Below, one piece after another: positions 51,740 to 62,572 of a DNA stretch of 64,000 nt (position 1 is the stretch's first letter; each line of letters opens with the position of its first letter). A program made the translations under genes and the position numbers. Below the pieces are notes generated by a model. The model was not told where the DNA came from. It made no database searches and saw nothing but the letters and a program-made list of their open reading frames with translations. The stretch lies in IMG/VR virus record IMGVR_UViG_3300028862_000012, positions 124,001 to 188,000 of that record; one strand, given 5' to 3'.

Positions 51740-51767
51740 TGTTAATTTAGAAGACGATTTAAAAGAT

Positions 51768-54432
51768 TTGAAAGGAGTAAATTCAATGGCAGTAATACAA
51801 ATGGCGCATGATCTTCCGTCTGATGTTATTGGAAAAACATGGAAGAAAAAAAATCTTGAAATTACACATAAAATTTCTTTGTGGTCATTAGTTGAAATTA
51901 ATTATGAAGATGCTCCTAATAAAGGTGTTCGCTTGTTGGTATGTAAGCATACTCGTGACTGTGATGGTACTCCACTTTATTCCTTGACTTGGGATCGTAA
52001 TTATTATGAGCAGTTTGTCAATAATCAATATATGACTGTTTCAACCAATGGATATAGCGAAGAAGATCTTAAAGTAATACTATGTTTCAATCAACATTGC
52101 TAATAAATATTGCTGATGATAAACATGAATTTTCAATATGTGGTAATAGAAGATGTGATGCTGGAATATCTAGTGTTGCTTATTCTGCTTATCATGCTGG
52201 AATATTAGGATGGAGAAATGTGGAATTGCCAAAAGATGAAGCAAAAGCATATGGGAAAAAGTTTTTATTACTTTGTCCAGAGTGTTATAGAGTATTAGAT
52301 AAGATACTTATTTATAAGGTATAAAAGGAGTTTTTTATGAAAATGACTGCTATAATTTGTCTTGAACCTGATGAAATTCAGAAAGCGGTAATAGCTTATA
52401 TTGAAAAAGAAACAAATAAAAAAGTTGATATAAAATCTTTTAGCTTTACTACAGGTACTCGGTCTGTTGGATCTGGCTTGTCAGAACATGATGAATGGTG
52501 TTTTAAAGGATGTACTGTTAAAGTTATAGATGCTTAATATTTATTGGAGTAAAAATGTTTGAGTCAAGTTGTTCAAATTGCGATGATATAGAATGTCTAG
52601 TTAGAGATTATTCCTATGACTGTTATAAGGAAGAAATTAAAGATATACAACAGTGCATGGATAGTTACGATATTGAACTTATTAAAAAGATTATTGATAG
52701 GTCGGATATTCTATATAAACAAACACAGAATGATAAGTTTTATCAGTTTTCTTATTTTGGAAAACAGATACTTGATTGCTTTAATGGTGAGTAAGGAAAT
52801 AAGTATGGAATATATTTTTAATGAACAGGAATATAAAGAATCTTTAGAAAACAAAAAAAATTGCTGAAGTATCTAAAGTTAATCAACAAGTAATTGAAAA
52901 ATACTTTAGTGAGAATTGCAATCGAAAGAAGCATGGTTATTGCGATAACTGTATTATTTTAGGAACTACTGTTTTATCAGGTGAATGGAATAAGTGTTTA
53001 GCAAATTTGTTTATAGAATGTTCAAAGTAAAAGGAATGAATATAAAGAATACAGAATTAGAAGAGTTGATTAGCCAGTTTATAGAAACACAATCTGATAA
53101 TGATACAGGTGAGTGTTGTATTTCTTCTAAAGAAATGTCAGAGCAAGTTATGGAAGGATTTAAAGATTTTCTAAAATTAAAGGGTAAACGGATTAAATAA
53201 TATGGAAAAGGTAACACCTAATGCAATACAAGCAAATGGTTTTTATAATCATTTTTCTGGTATGAAAAAATGGACCATAACTTGTGATAGATGTAACCAT
53301 ACTTGGGTAGAAAAAGTTCCAATAGTAGAACCTTCTTCAGTAGTTTGTCCCTGCTGTTGTACTCAAAATATATGGTCAATTGTTAAGTTTGAAAAAGAAT
53401 ACAATAAAGTAAATAATTAAGGAGATACTATGTACGATCCGATCTATGTAATTAATTTACAGATTCATGCTTGCTTTGCAAGCTTTTCCTCTCGTGATAT
53501 TTATATGTACAAAGAAATATCAAAATCAGAGTTTGATAAAGAAAAACTTTCTGTAACTGGTGACTATATTTTTGAAGATACAGAATATGGCTTGTTTGAA
53601 ATATTTATTGAGGATACTACTTATTATAATGTAAGCATACCTACAAACTATGCTACTCTAGCTGAGATGCAAATGCTGATTGATAAGTATACTCTTGAAC
53701 TTGGCTATTCTAGAAATAAGTCAGAAGCGTATAATGATCGTTATGAACTTAGAAAGCTAAATGAAGAAAAAATAAAAGCAGATGAAAGAAAACAAGCAGG
53801 GTATATTTATTATATCAGTGTAGACTGGAAGTATGATCAGAAATTAGCGCAAGGTGGTTTTTCTGATGACTTATGGAATTATGAAAAAACACAGCAATAT
53901 ACTAAAAGTAAATCTTTTGGATATTTTGGTCATAATGTGCGAAAAGAAGAATTGGATATTTATATAGAGAAAGCTTTGAAAGATATTCATAGTAAATCTA
54001 AATTTCCATCAATTGATTATAGAGAAATTTGCTATAGTTATTTAAGTTCCTCTGATGCACGTCATATGTGTGATACTCTTGAAGATATTCCTTTTGAAGC
54101 ACAAAAAAAAGACATTGATAATAAAATAAAATCTATGTGGAATAATGCTTATATCTATGGAAAGAAAGAGCATGATGGAACATTTTATGGAACCATGAAT
54201 TTAATGGATAAGTATAAAGAGGATTTGTTTGACTATGAATAAAGATATAACAAAACTTTTAAAGTGCTATGCTACTTATTGTGATACTAATATTGATTGT
54301 TTACTTACTGAAAGGCAAATGGTTTTATCAAAAGAATATACGATTAAAATCGATGAATTATTTGATAGATATTTATCTTCAATGGCAGAGTTTAAAAACT
54401 GCATTGAACTTATATTAAAACATAAAGACTAG
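51768..54432 (+). other. run of small hypothetical phage genes
   Basis: AT-rich packed ORFs resume after the island, incl. 53430-54242. Confidence 0.55.
52805..53030 (+). pseudogene. small gene split at an A8 run
   Basis: removing one A of 52853-52860 extends MEYIF..ENKK into IAEVSK..CSK ending TAA 53030 just before the next RBS. Confidence 0.55.
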
Positions 54433-54447
54433 AATAGGATTTTTTAA

Positions 54448-54927
54448 ATGAATACAAAAGTAAAAGAGTTAGATGAAATTGTAAAACAAATGATACTGTT
54501 ACATAAAGGTGGAGAACGATTTTTTGATAATCTGGACAGGGCTGTATGTAACTCAAATTTTTGCATGAAATTATTTTCCATGTTTACAACTTCTAATGAT
54601 GTCGATGCAATCATTGTATCAGGAAAGTTTGGTTTATACTTTAGTCAAATTCCTGATATTCAATTATATGGCGCTACAATTATTGTAGCAAATGGTGGAC
54701 TAAGACTTGCTGATTCAAAAGTAATTGATTTATCCCCTTTTAGTAATTCAATTACTAATCGGAAGTTTATGTTTATTGATGATAGCTATTATTCTGGTAC
54801 TACTCGCTTTATGATTGAAAAAGAATTAAATAAGCTTAATGCTACAATATCAAAAGTAGCAGTTTGCTATGATGGATCAAAAGATAAAGATGATTCCGTT
54901 ATTTCTTTATATAGATACTATGATTAG
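54448..54927 (+). CDS. type I phosphoribosyltransferase-domain protein
   Basis: FMFIDDSYYSGTT PRPP-binding motif. Confidence 0.75.
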   Translation: MNTKVKELDEIVKQMILLHKGGERFFDNLDRAVCNSNFCMKLFSMFTTSNDVDAIIVSGKFGLYFSQIPDIQLYGATIIVANGGLRLADSKVIDLSPFSNSITNRKFMFIDDSYYSGTTRFMIEKELNKLNATISKVAVCYDGSKDKDDSVISLYRYYD

Positions 54928-54940
54928 TATTTTTTAGTAA

Positions 54941-54969
54941 TTGACATAAAGTATATAAAAGAATAATAT
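54941..54969 (+). promoter_or_regulatory. sigma70-type promoter TTGACA-17-TAATAT
   Basis: sequence match before ATG 54975. Confidence 0.6.
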
Positions 54970-56798
54970 AATCTATGGAAAAAATTGTAGGTTTTAATAT
55001 ATTTAGACTTCAGCAAGATGATTCATTTTTTGAAGATGAAGTTTTGTTTAATAGTTTATTTAATGAGTATATGGCTTACAGCCATAATAGAAACTTTTGG
55101 GATTATCTGTTTGGAGCCTCAGATAGGCAGGAGCCATTAGATACATTATCAGAAAGAGAACTAAAGATAGTTGCATCTGTTATTCAATGGCTAGGAACAC
55201 CTGTAGGGACACAGTTTTTACATAAAGCAGGATTTGATAAAAAAGATATTGAAATAAAAAATAGATATATACCTGACTATAATACTATGACTTTCTATGA
55301 AGAATCTGCTTACGTAATGTACAAAGGTAAACTAAGTGTTGCATATGGTATAAATAATAAACCTGTTCCATTTCCAAAAGGATAATTTATGAAACAACTT
55401 AAAATGTGGATTGGTAGATATTTTGATAATGATCCTAATTATTCAAGTAGTCATACTAAAGAGTGTGCTATTATAGCTTACACTAAAAAGCAAGCTATGG
55501 AATTATCAGGTTTAAGTAATAGAGAATTAAGTGTTTATTTTCATCATGATACTTTAGGTAAATTTGGATCACCTGAAATAAAAGAGAATTGCACAAGTGT
55601 AGGCTTTTGGATTATTGATGATCCATATAGCACTCTTCATAATATACCTCGGAGAATAAAATGAATAAAACAATATATGAGCAGTTTGATGAAGCATTTA
55701 GACATCATATGAGTTCTAAACTTGAAAGAAAAGGTCAAGCTACTTTTAATGCAGTTATGACAATTGATCCGGTACTTGCAGATAGTTTGCGCGGAACAAA
55801 TATAGACTGCTATTATTTTGATGGAAAAATTAATGATTTTATGAGTGTAGTATATAATAAGTGGAGTAGTTTGTGAAACAGGACAGAAGCTATCTATGTG
55901 ATGAAAAGTGTAATGAGTGTATACTATTACAATCACCTAATAGTAGAATGGTTACTGAAGTTTTGAATGAACTGTATAATAAGTTTGGTAATGGGGTATA
56001 TGAAATAGTAGAAAAAAATTGCCCTAATCTTACTTGTTGCTATGATTGTCATATAGATGATTTTTGTCATGTTAAAGGATGTAAAATTATTAAGGAGAAT
56101 AAAATGAACATTGAAGAAGGTAAAGAATATTTTTATATAAATATAAGTTGTTCAGAAATTGATTATATTATTCAAAAAGTAAAAATACAAAAAATAATAA
56201 GTAACTATGTAACTTGTTATGATGTAGAGGATAAAGCTAAAGATAATATGTGTATTTTTACTGATGAATCATTTTTCTCTGAAAAGTATTCAGAAGCTCA
56301 TACCTATCTTATTAACGAACTTAAAAAATATGAAGAGAATGAAATGGAAATAGTAAGAAATAACATAAAAGATACTATTGAAAAATCAAATAAAGCTTGT
56401 CAAAAGTATTTTAAGGAAGAATATGGACGAAGACATAATTAGAGACTATATAGAGAAAAATATTAAAATACAGATTAATGAATATTACTCAATGAATTGT
56501 AAGCATGGATTAAGTGTAAGTTTAGTTCTTAATAGTAAAGAAGTTTCAGAAGATCATATTATGATAGAAGGGTATAATGAATAAAGAATATGAGGATATA
56601 TTTAATAATAGACTTATGGAATTAGAAAAAGAAAAAACAAGTCTTGTTGTCGATATAGATACTTATGAAAATACAGGTGGAAAAGGTATAGAATTAATGT
56701 CCGAATATCATAATACTATGATAAAGTATTGGATGCTTTGTGAAAGAATAAGTGAATTAAATAGATTAAGATATCTTATAGAAAGGGATTACTAATAA

Positions 56799-57212
56799 AT
56801 GAATATAACACCTGAAAGAATAACAGAACTAAAACCAAAGGAAGTGTTCTGCTTCGGCTCAAATGAAAAAGGTCGCCACGGACTTGGTGCCGCTAAATTA
56901 GCTTATAATGAATTTGGTGCAGTATGGGGTAAAGGGTTTGGATTGTTTGGTCAAAGTTTTGCCATTCCTACAAAAGACGAGAATATTGAAACACTTCCTT
57001 TAGATAAGATACAAACATATATTCAAGCTTTTGAAGTACAAGTAATAAATCATCCTACTCTAATTTTTTATGTTACTCAAATTGGATGTGGCTATGCAGG
57101 ATATACACCAAAAGATATAGCACCTTTATTTAAAAGTTGTTATCAATTACCTAATGTATATATGCCAGAAAGTTTTTGGGAAATATATAAAAAGGTAAAT
57201 CATGAACTTTGA
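56799..57212 (+). CDS. A1S_2505-family macrodomain-like phage protein
   Basis: TPERITEL, EVFCFGSN..GRHGLGAA, GQSFAIPT, VTQIGCGYAG, IAPLF. Confidence 0.75.
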   Translation: MNITPERITELKPKEVFCFGSNEKGRHGLGAAKLAYNEFGAVWGKGFGLFGQSFAIPTKDENIETLPLDKIQTYIQAFEVQVINHPTLIFYVTQIGCGYAGYTPKDIAPLFKSCYQLPNVYMPESFWEIYKKVNHEL

Positions 57213-58057
57213 AACATTTTTATTTATAATAAAGAATACTTTTAGGTGTAAAATAATTTGTTATTCTGACAATACTGCTATTATTATCTATAATAATAAA
57301 AAATATAAGTTTAAGTATTATAATAATTTTATTAATTGTATAGATGCAGATGCTTTTTTAAATAGTTGTACTTGTAGTTATGATTGTAACCTCGAATATA
57401 TTTCAGAGTTATCAATTATTGATTATTTTATTTCTATAGTAAAAGCTAATAATAATCTATTTGAATTTTCATACAAAGAATCAGGAGTAAAAAAGTTATG
57501 GAATACATTGACAAAGAAGTATTAAAAAACATGCTTACTTGTGGTAATTGTTATGGTGTTCATTGTGGTGTAACCGATGAGTCTACATGTCCTGCATATG
57601 ATTATAATGAATCATGTAATGTAGATATTGATGATTGCAAGTTAACTGATATAGCAATAGCCAAAATTAGAACTTATATTGAAACACAGGATGATACTAA
57701 TGAATAATAAATTTAAGATCGGAGATAATGTAAAGATACGAAAGACTTGCGCCTTTCATGGTGGAGAAATTACTAAAGTAACAGAAGTTTTTACTAAAAG
57801 TGTATGTCTTGAAATAGACAACGGATTGTTTGAATTTCCAAAAGAAGGATTAATAAAGATAGGTTTTAATTATTATTTACCTGTAATAAATAAATATTTG
57901 TATTCTATCGCTTTATATGGACTTATGGCTTATTTCTTTATAACCTGCTCACCAAATGATCTATTATTCTTTTCAGGAATAGTTTATAGCTCTATAGTAG
58001 TTTGGTGCGAAGATACTATTTTTAGTAAGCTTAAATGTTTTAAGAAAGAGGAATAAA

Positions 58058-58570
58058 ATGCTTAGACCTGCTATATCTTATAAAGCTGAACTAGATAAAA
58101 TAAATATTGAATTAATGGAAAAAGAAGAAATATATAAATATTTTATTAGTGCAGATTATTGGTACAAGTTATTCGTTATAGATGAAACAGAGTATAATCA
58201 GATATCACGAGTAAGTGTTGATAGTGATGGAAAAGTAATTGGATATATTGGTGTATCCTTAAATAAAGCTATTAATTCTGTAAATCATATGTATGTTTGC
58301 TATTTTAAAATGCCTAAAATTAGTTATACTTTTACAAAAGATGTTTTAGAATTTATTGATTATTTATTTGTATATAAAAAGTTTAATAAAATACATTGGA
58401 GTGTATATATCGGAAATCCGGCTATAAAGGTTTACAATAAGTTCATTGAGCGCTATAATGGAAAGATAGTTGGATATTTTAAAGACGATGAAAGACTACT
58501 AGATAACTCCATTGTGGATAAACAAGTATATGAAATTATACGTGAAGACTATTTAAAAGCAAAGGAATAA
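58058..58570 (+). CDS. GNAT (RimJ/RimL-like) acetyltransferase
   Basis: VIGYI, FNKIHWSVYIGNPAIKVYNK, GKIVG...YEI. Confidence 0.65.
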   Translation: MLRPAISYKAELDKINIELMEKEEIYKYFISADYWYKLFVIDETEYNQISRVSVDSDGKVIGYIGVSLNKAINSVNHMYVCYFKMPKISYTFTKDVLEFIDYLFVYKKFNKIHWSVYIGNPAIKVYNKFIERYNGKIVGYFKDDERLLDNSIVDKQVYEIIREDYLKAKE

Positions 58571-58809
58571 AGGAATAAATATTATGGGTAGAGCTAAATA
58601 TACTTTTGAGTTAGATGAAATACAAGAGAAAGAATTTGATGAGTGGAAAGAAAAGATAAAGGATCTAATGGGAAGTTATGGTGGTTATACCTTTATTTTT
58701 AGACCTAACAGTATTGGATGTGGTGTAACTATTCATAGCGATTTAATTAACAAAGATATAGATGTTTCCCATCAAGAAAATTGGTAGAATAACAGAGTAG
58801 GTTACTTAT

Positions 58810-59514
58810 ATGAAAGTTTTAATTGTAGATGGAAATAATCTTGTATGCGCGGGATATTTTGTAAGTAAAAATTACCCTGAAAAACTTATACCTATGCAAT
58901 GTGCTGATTATTTTAATAATAGAGTAAGTAAGATCGAACAACAATTAGGATGTGATGCAACCTATGTAGCATGGGATGGAATTAATAGTACTGCATGGCG
59001 TAAAACTATATTTCCTGATTACAAGGGAACACGAAAAGAAAAAGAGCCAATGTTGTATGAATGTCTAAATTATGTTCCTGATAATAATATATTTAAAAAT
59101 ATAAAAGTGGAAAATGCTGAAGGAGATGATACTATATATGCACTCTGTCGCTATATGACAGAAACGGGTAACTCAAATTATATATTATCTCATGATAATG
59201 ATATGATTCAAATAGTTCAGGAGAAATTAAGTAAAGGGGTATATACCCATATTAAAAATACTTTTAAATCTATCCCTGATTATGATATAGCTGTTTTTAA
59301 AAGCTTAATGGGAGATACATCAGATAACTTACATGGACTTATGGGGATTGGAGAAAAGAAAGCAATAAAATTAATCGAAAATAATCTAGCAGGATTAACA
59401 GGCGAACAGATACAATTGTTTAGAAAGCATAAACAAGTTATACGATTAGCAAATAATCCTTATAAAGATAATTTTCTTAATACTGTAAAGCAATATATTG
59501 TTAGTAACTCATAA
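58810..59514 (+). CDS. 5'-3' exonuclease (FEN/T4 RNase H-like)
   Basis: LIVDGNN, AWDG, WRK..FPDYKGTR, EGDD, SHDND, LMGDTSDNLHGLMGIGEKKA. Confidence 0.9.
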   Translation: MKVLIVDGNNLVCAGYFVSKNYPEKLIPMQCADYFNNRVSKIEQQLGCDATYVAWDGINSTAWRKTIFPDYKGTRKEKEPMLYECLNYVPDNNIFKNIKVENAEGDDTIYALCRYMTETGNSNYILSHDNDMIQIVQEKLSKGVYTHIKNTFKSIPDYDIAVFKSLMGDTSDNLHGLMGIGEKKAIKLIENNLAGLTGEQIQLFRKHKQVIRLANNPYKDNFLNTVKQYIVSNS

Positions 59515-59703
59515 CTATTATAATATGATAAAAGTATTTTTGAAGTGCATCAATGATGAAGATAGCTTCGAGTATGAAGAATTTTTAGCCGAGTTATCAG
59601 ATCAAAAGTTAAAGAAATATTTAATAATAAATAATTATAGTTATGAAATACTATCTAAAATAGAAACACCTGAATTTACAAAAGTAATAGTAGATAGAGT
59701 ATA

Positions 59704-60346
59704 ATGAGATTACTTGAAACAGATCATTTACTTGAGACAGAACGAGATACTTTTTCAAATAATAATATTAAAAAATATTTATATTTATTGTCGGAAGAAT
59801 TTCCTAATGATATGCCATTAGAATGTAGACAGACTATTTTAAGCTGGAAAGTAGTTTCTAAGTCACCCCTATAGCTATAGTTTTTATGATATAACAGATA
59901 AGTCATGGGACGATACTCATCAAGATTACTTCTATCGTTGTGCAGATCATTGGAATTTTCTATCACAAAGTAAAATTCATTGTCGAACACAAGACAACAA
60001 AGATTATAAGAACTTATACAGTATAGCTGAATACAATCCCGAAACTAATAGATATGTAGTTATGCAAAGTTTTAAGAAAGAAAAGTATGCTGTACCAAGC
60101 ATCATAGATAAACTATCCGGCGAAGAATTAACAGATAGTTTATTAGCATTAATTAATCAAAATGATTTAATAAACAAAAGATTAAAAGATATTATTGTAA
60201 ACTTAGTAGTAACAGAAAATGATAGCATGTTAATAACATCTAAAATTCAAAAAACCATAAATACATTTTATTATTTATTTTCAATAAACCATAGCATGAT
60301 ACAATTAAAAGATAAAGTGTATCATGCTATAAATAAAGACCTATAA
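59704..60346 (+). pseudogene. hypothetical gene split at a C4 run
   Basis: ATG 59704 frame stops at TAG 59874; +1 frame open from 59870 into ORF 60062-60346; removing one C of 59866-59869 gives 213 aa. Confidence 0.55.
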
Positions 60347-60682
60347 CTTACTTTTTAAGCTCATATTTACTTCACTCCGAAGTTGCTTAAATAAAGGACT
60401 ATCACTATAATCTTCATTATCTTCAGCTTGCTTACATTTCAATATATACTGTTCAAATTCTGGGATAGGATAAATACTCATATACACTTTATCTTCTACT
60501 ATCTTTAGTTTAAGCGTTCCAATATCAGGTAATACAATCTCATCATTACCTGCATTACAAATAGCAATATAAGTAATAATACCTTTAAATAACTTATATA
60601 CGTCTTGCTTCTTTTCAATTGAACTAAAGCAACGTATTAACTCTTTAGCCTGTTCGTTTTTATCAATAACTGCATTATTCAT
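60341..60682 (-). CDS. possible HU/IHF-like DNA-binding protein
   Basis: helix-helix then EIVLPDIGTLKL strand motif. Confidence 0.35.
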   Translation of the reverse strand: MNNAVIDKNEQAKELIRCFSSIEKKQDVYKLFKGIITYIAICNAGNDEIVLPDIGTLKLKIVEDKVYMSIYPIPEFEQYILKCKQAEDNEDYSDSPLFKQLRSEVNMSLKSKL

Positions 60683-60691
60683 ACTTCATCC

Positions 60692-61717
60692 TTATAAGTT
60701 TAAATTATATTCTTTTTCTAAGTTTTCTTTTACAATAGTAATTAATTCTCGTATATCACCTTGTGCATGGCTATCACAACGTAAATCAATTACCTTTTTC
60801 CACTGTTCTATATTTGCTGTACTCATAATAGTTGTACTTGTTCCATTTGGCAAAACTTCACGTGCTGTTTCTGGTAAAGTACCTATATCTATTAAGTCAA
60901 AGTATGCTTGTTCCGCTTGAGAATAAGCAGTAAGGTATGGAGCTATTAAAGTAGTACTGGTTAATATATCAGCATTAATCATTGATTGCCTGATTGAGTA
61001 AGGTAGAATAAAATCAATTGAATGATTGAACTTATTTGAACTATAATTACAGTATCTTTGACTGGATTGCGAAACTGAGTTCTTTCTATGGCGAACTAAT
61101 TGATGTGATACTGATCTGCTTGTAGTAAATACAAAAGATTCGTAGCAATGTTTATTAATTTCATAGTTTCTACTATTTTCATTAGGAATAAATTTTAAAA
61201 GATCTTTTATTTCTGATATAGTAAGGATAGGAAAAAGATAATCAACATAGTCATCAATATGTTCTGAAAAAATTATAGGATACAGAATAGTACATGTTTT
61301 ATAAAACTGTATATAAATATTTTGTTCTCCACATTTTAATAAAGAATAATAAGAATTTTTAAAAATATAATTTAGTAATTCATACCAAGCTCTAACATTA
61401 GCACTAATAATACTATAACAATATCCATCTTTCAATATACTACTTATATTAAAAAATCCAGCATAAAAATTACTATCAGGAATAATATTAAAAAGTTTTC
61501 TAGTTATGTCTTCAGCATTATCATACACAAGCATTGAAATACTTTCATGCTCTAATATTGATAAATGACCTTTTTCAATTATTTTTTTAATAAAAGGAAT
61601 ATAACTATCTTCTTTAATATTATTTTCAGAACGATAACATAACCTTCCAGCATATTCCATTTTCTTATATGGAACTGTATTAGGAACATAGGTAACAGAT
61701 GGATCAATAATTTTCAT
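60692..61717 (-). CDS. thyX: FAD-dependent thymidylate synthase
   Basis: AGRLCY, GHLSILEH, RSVSHQLVRHR..SVSQSSQRY, AREVLP, LRCDSHAQGDIR. Confidence 0.93.
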   Translation of the reverse strand: MKIIDPSVTYVPNTVPYKKMEYAGRLCYRSENNIKEDSYIPFIKKIIEKGHLSILEHESISMLVYDNAEDITRKLFNIIPDSNFYAGFFNISSILKDGYCYSIISANVRAWYELLNYIFKNSYYSLLKCGEQNIYIQFYKTCTILYPIIFSEHIDDYVDYLFPILTISEIKDLLKFIPNENSRNYEINKHCYESFVFTTSRSVSHQLVRHRKNSVSQSSQRYCNYSSNKFNHSIDFILPYSIRQSMINADILTSTTLIAPYLTAYSQAEQAYFDLIDIGTLPETAREVLPNGTSTTIMSTANIEQWKKVIDLRCDSHAQGDIRELITIVKENLEKEYNLNL

Positions 61718-61773
61718 ACTAACTCAAATTATTTTATAAATCATTTAACAATTTTTCATATAATTATAAACAG

Positions 61774-61802
61774 AGTATATACAAGTAATTAAATAATGTC
61801 AA
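61774..61802 (-). promoter_or_regulatory. sigma70-type promoter TTGACA-17-TATACT (minus strand)
   Basis: TGTCAA 61797-61802 and AGTATA 61774-61779 on plus strand; drives thyX. Confidence 0.8.
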
Positions 61803-61812
61803 TAAGTAACCT

Positions 61813-62506
61813 CTAAATAGATCTTATAAGATTTTTTAATAATAGATTATACTTGTAAGTAATATTTTTATTCATCCAGTCATATCCTTCTGGATGAATA
61901 TGCTTTAACCAAGTAGGATTACAAAAGTAATAAGAAAAATGTTCTGCAAAGCATTCACCTCCATTTAAAGTTCCATAACTTGAAGGTGATTCTGCCATGT
62001 CATGACAAGGCGTTTTATATTCTTTATTTTCATTATCAAATAAATGACCTATTTCGTGGACTAAAGTAAAAAAAAGAAATATATGATCCTCTTTTAATTT
62101 CAATTTCATCTATAGAAGTACCTACAACTCGGGCTTCCTCTGTACCTGAAAAACTTTTATAAACTATACTTATTCCAAAACTTTCAAGTATTTTTATAAT
62201 AGTATCATCTATTAAAATATTCATAAATAAAGGCTTATCATATTTTTTTATACCATAGGTATGGAACTTCCATTCATATCTTTTTTCACAATAATTGTTA
62301 TATTCTCTAAAGGAAATAAACTCTTTTGAGAAATAATGATTGGATGGATCTTTTTCTGTCATGTCTGTTTCATACTGTACATGAAACTTTTTAAATAACA
62401 GGTCTGTATACTTATCTCTATTTTCTTTATCATTATTTAGTGTAAAATTATCTATAGCATCTTTATAGATTTGAATAACTTCATCATCGTTTTCTTTTAA
62501 ACTCAT
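61813..62506 (-). pseudogene. zincin metallopeptidase gene split at a T8 run
   Basis: T8 to T7 joins ...KRGSYISFF to TLVHEIGH...SYG..ECFAEHF, giving 230 aa. Confidence 0.65.
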
Positions 62507-62510
62507 ATTA

Positions 62511-62529
62511 TAATAGTTAATAACTATTA
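62511..62529. promoter_or_regulatory. back-to-back TAACTATTA motifs (TAATAGTTA-A-TAACTATTA)
   Basis: perfect inverted pair between the divergent peptidase and terminase genes. Confidence 0.6.
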
Positions 62530-62572
62530 CTATATAAGGAAATAGTTTTACTATATAGGAAAATAATATAGA

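Larger units (their letters stand above)
47145..51745 (+). mobile_element. GC-richer horizontally acquired island carrying a type IV-B cas operon
   Basis: abrupt rise in GC and CpG-containing codons relative to flanks; boundaries approximate; no integrase or target duplication seen. Confidence 0.75.

Noticed and set aside
47145-51745. CRISPR array associated with the cas genes
   Set aside because: no regularly spaced 25-40-bp repeats seen here or elsewhere in the window; only isolated hairpins
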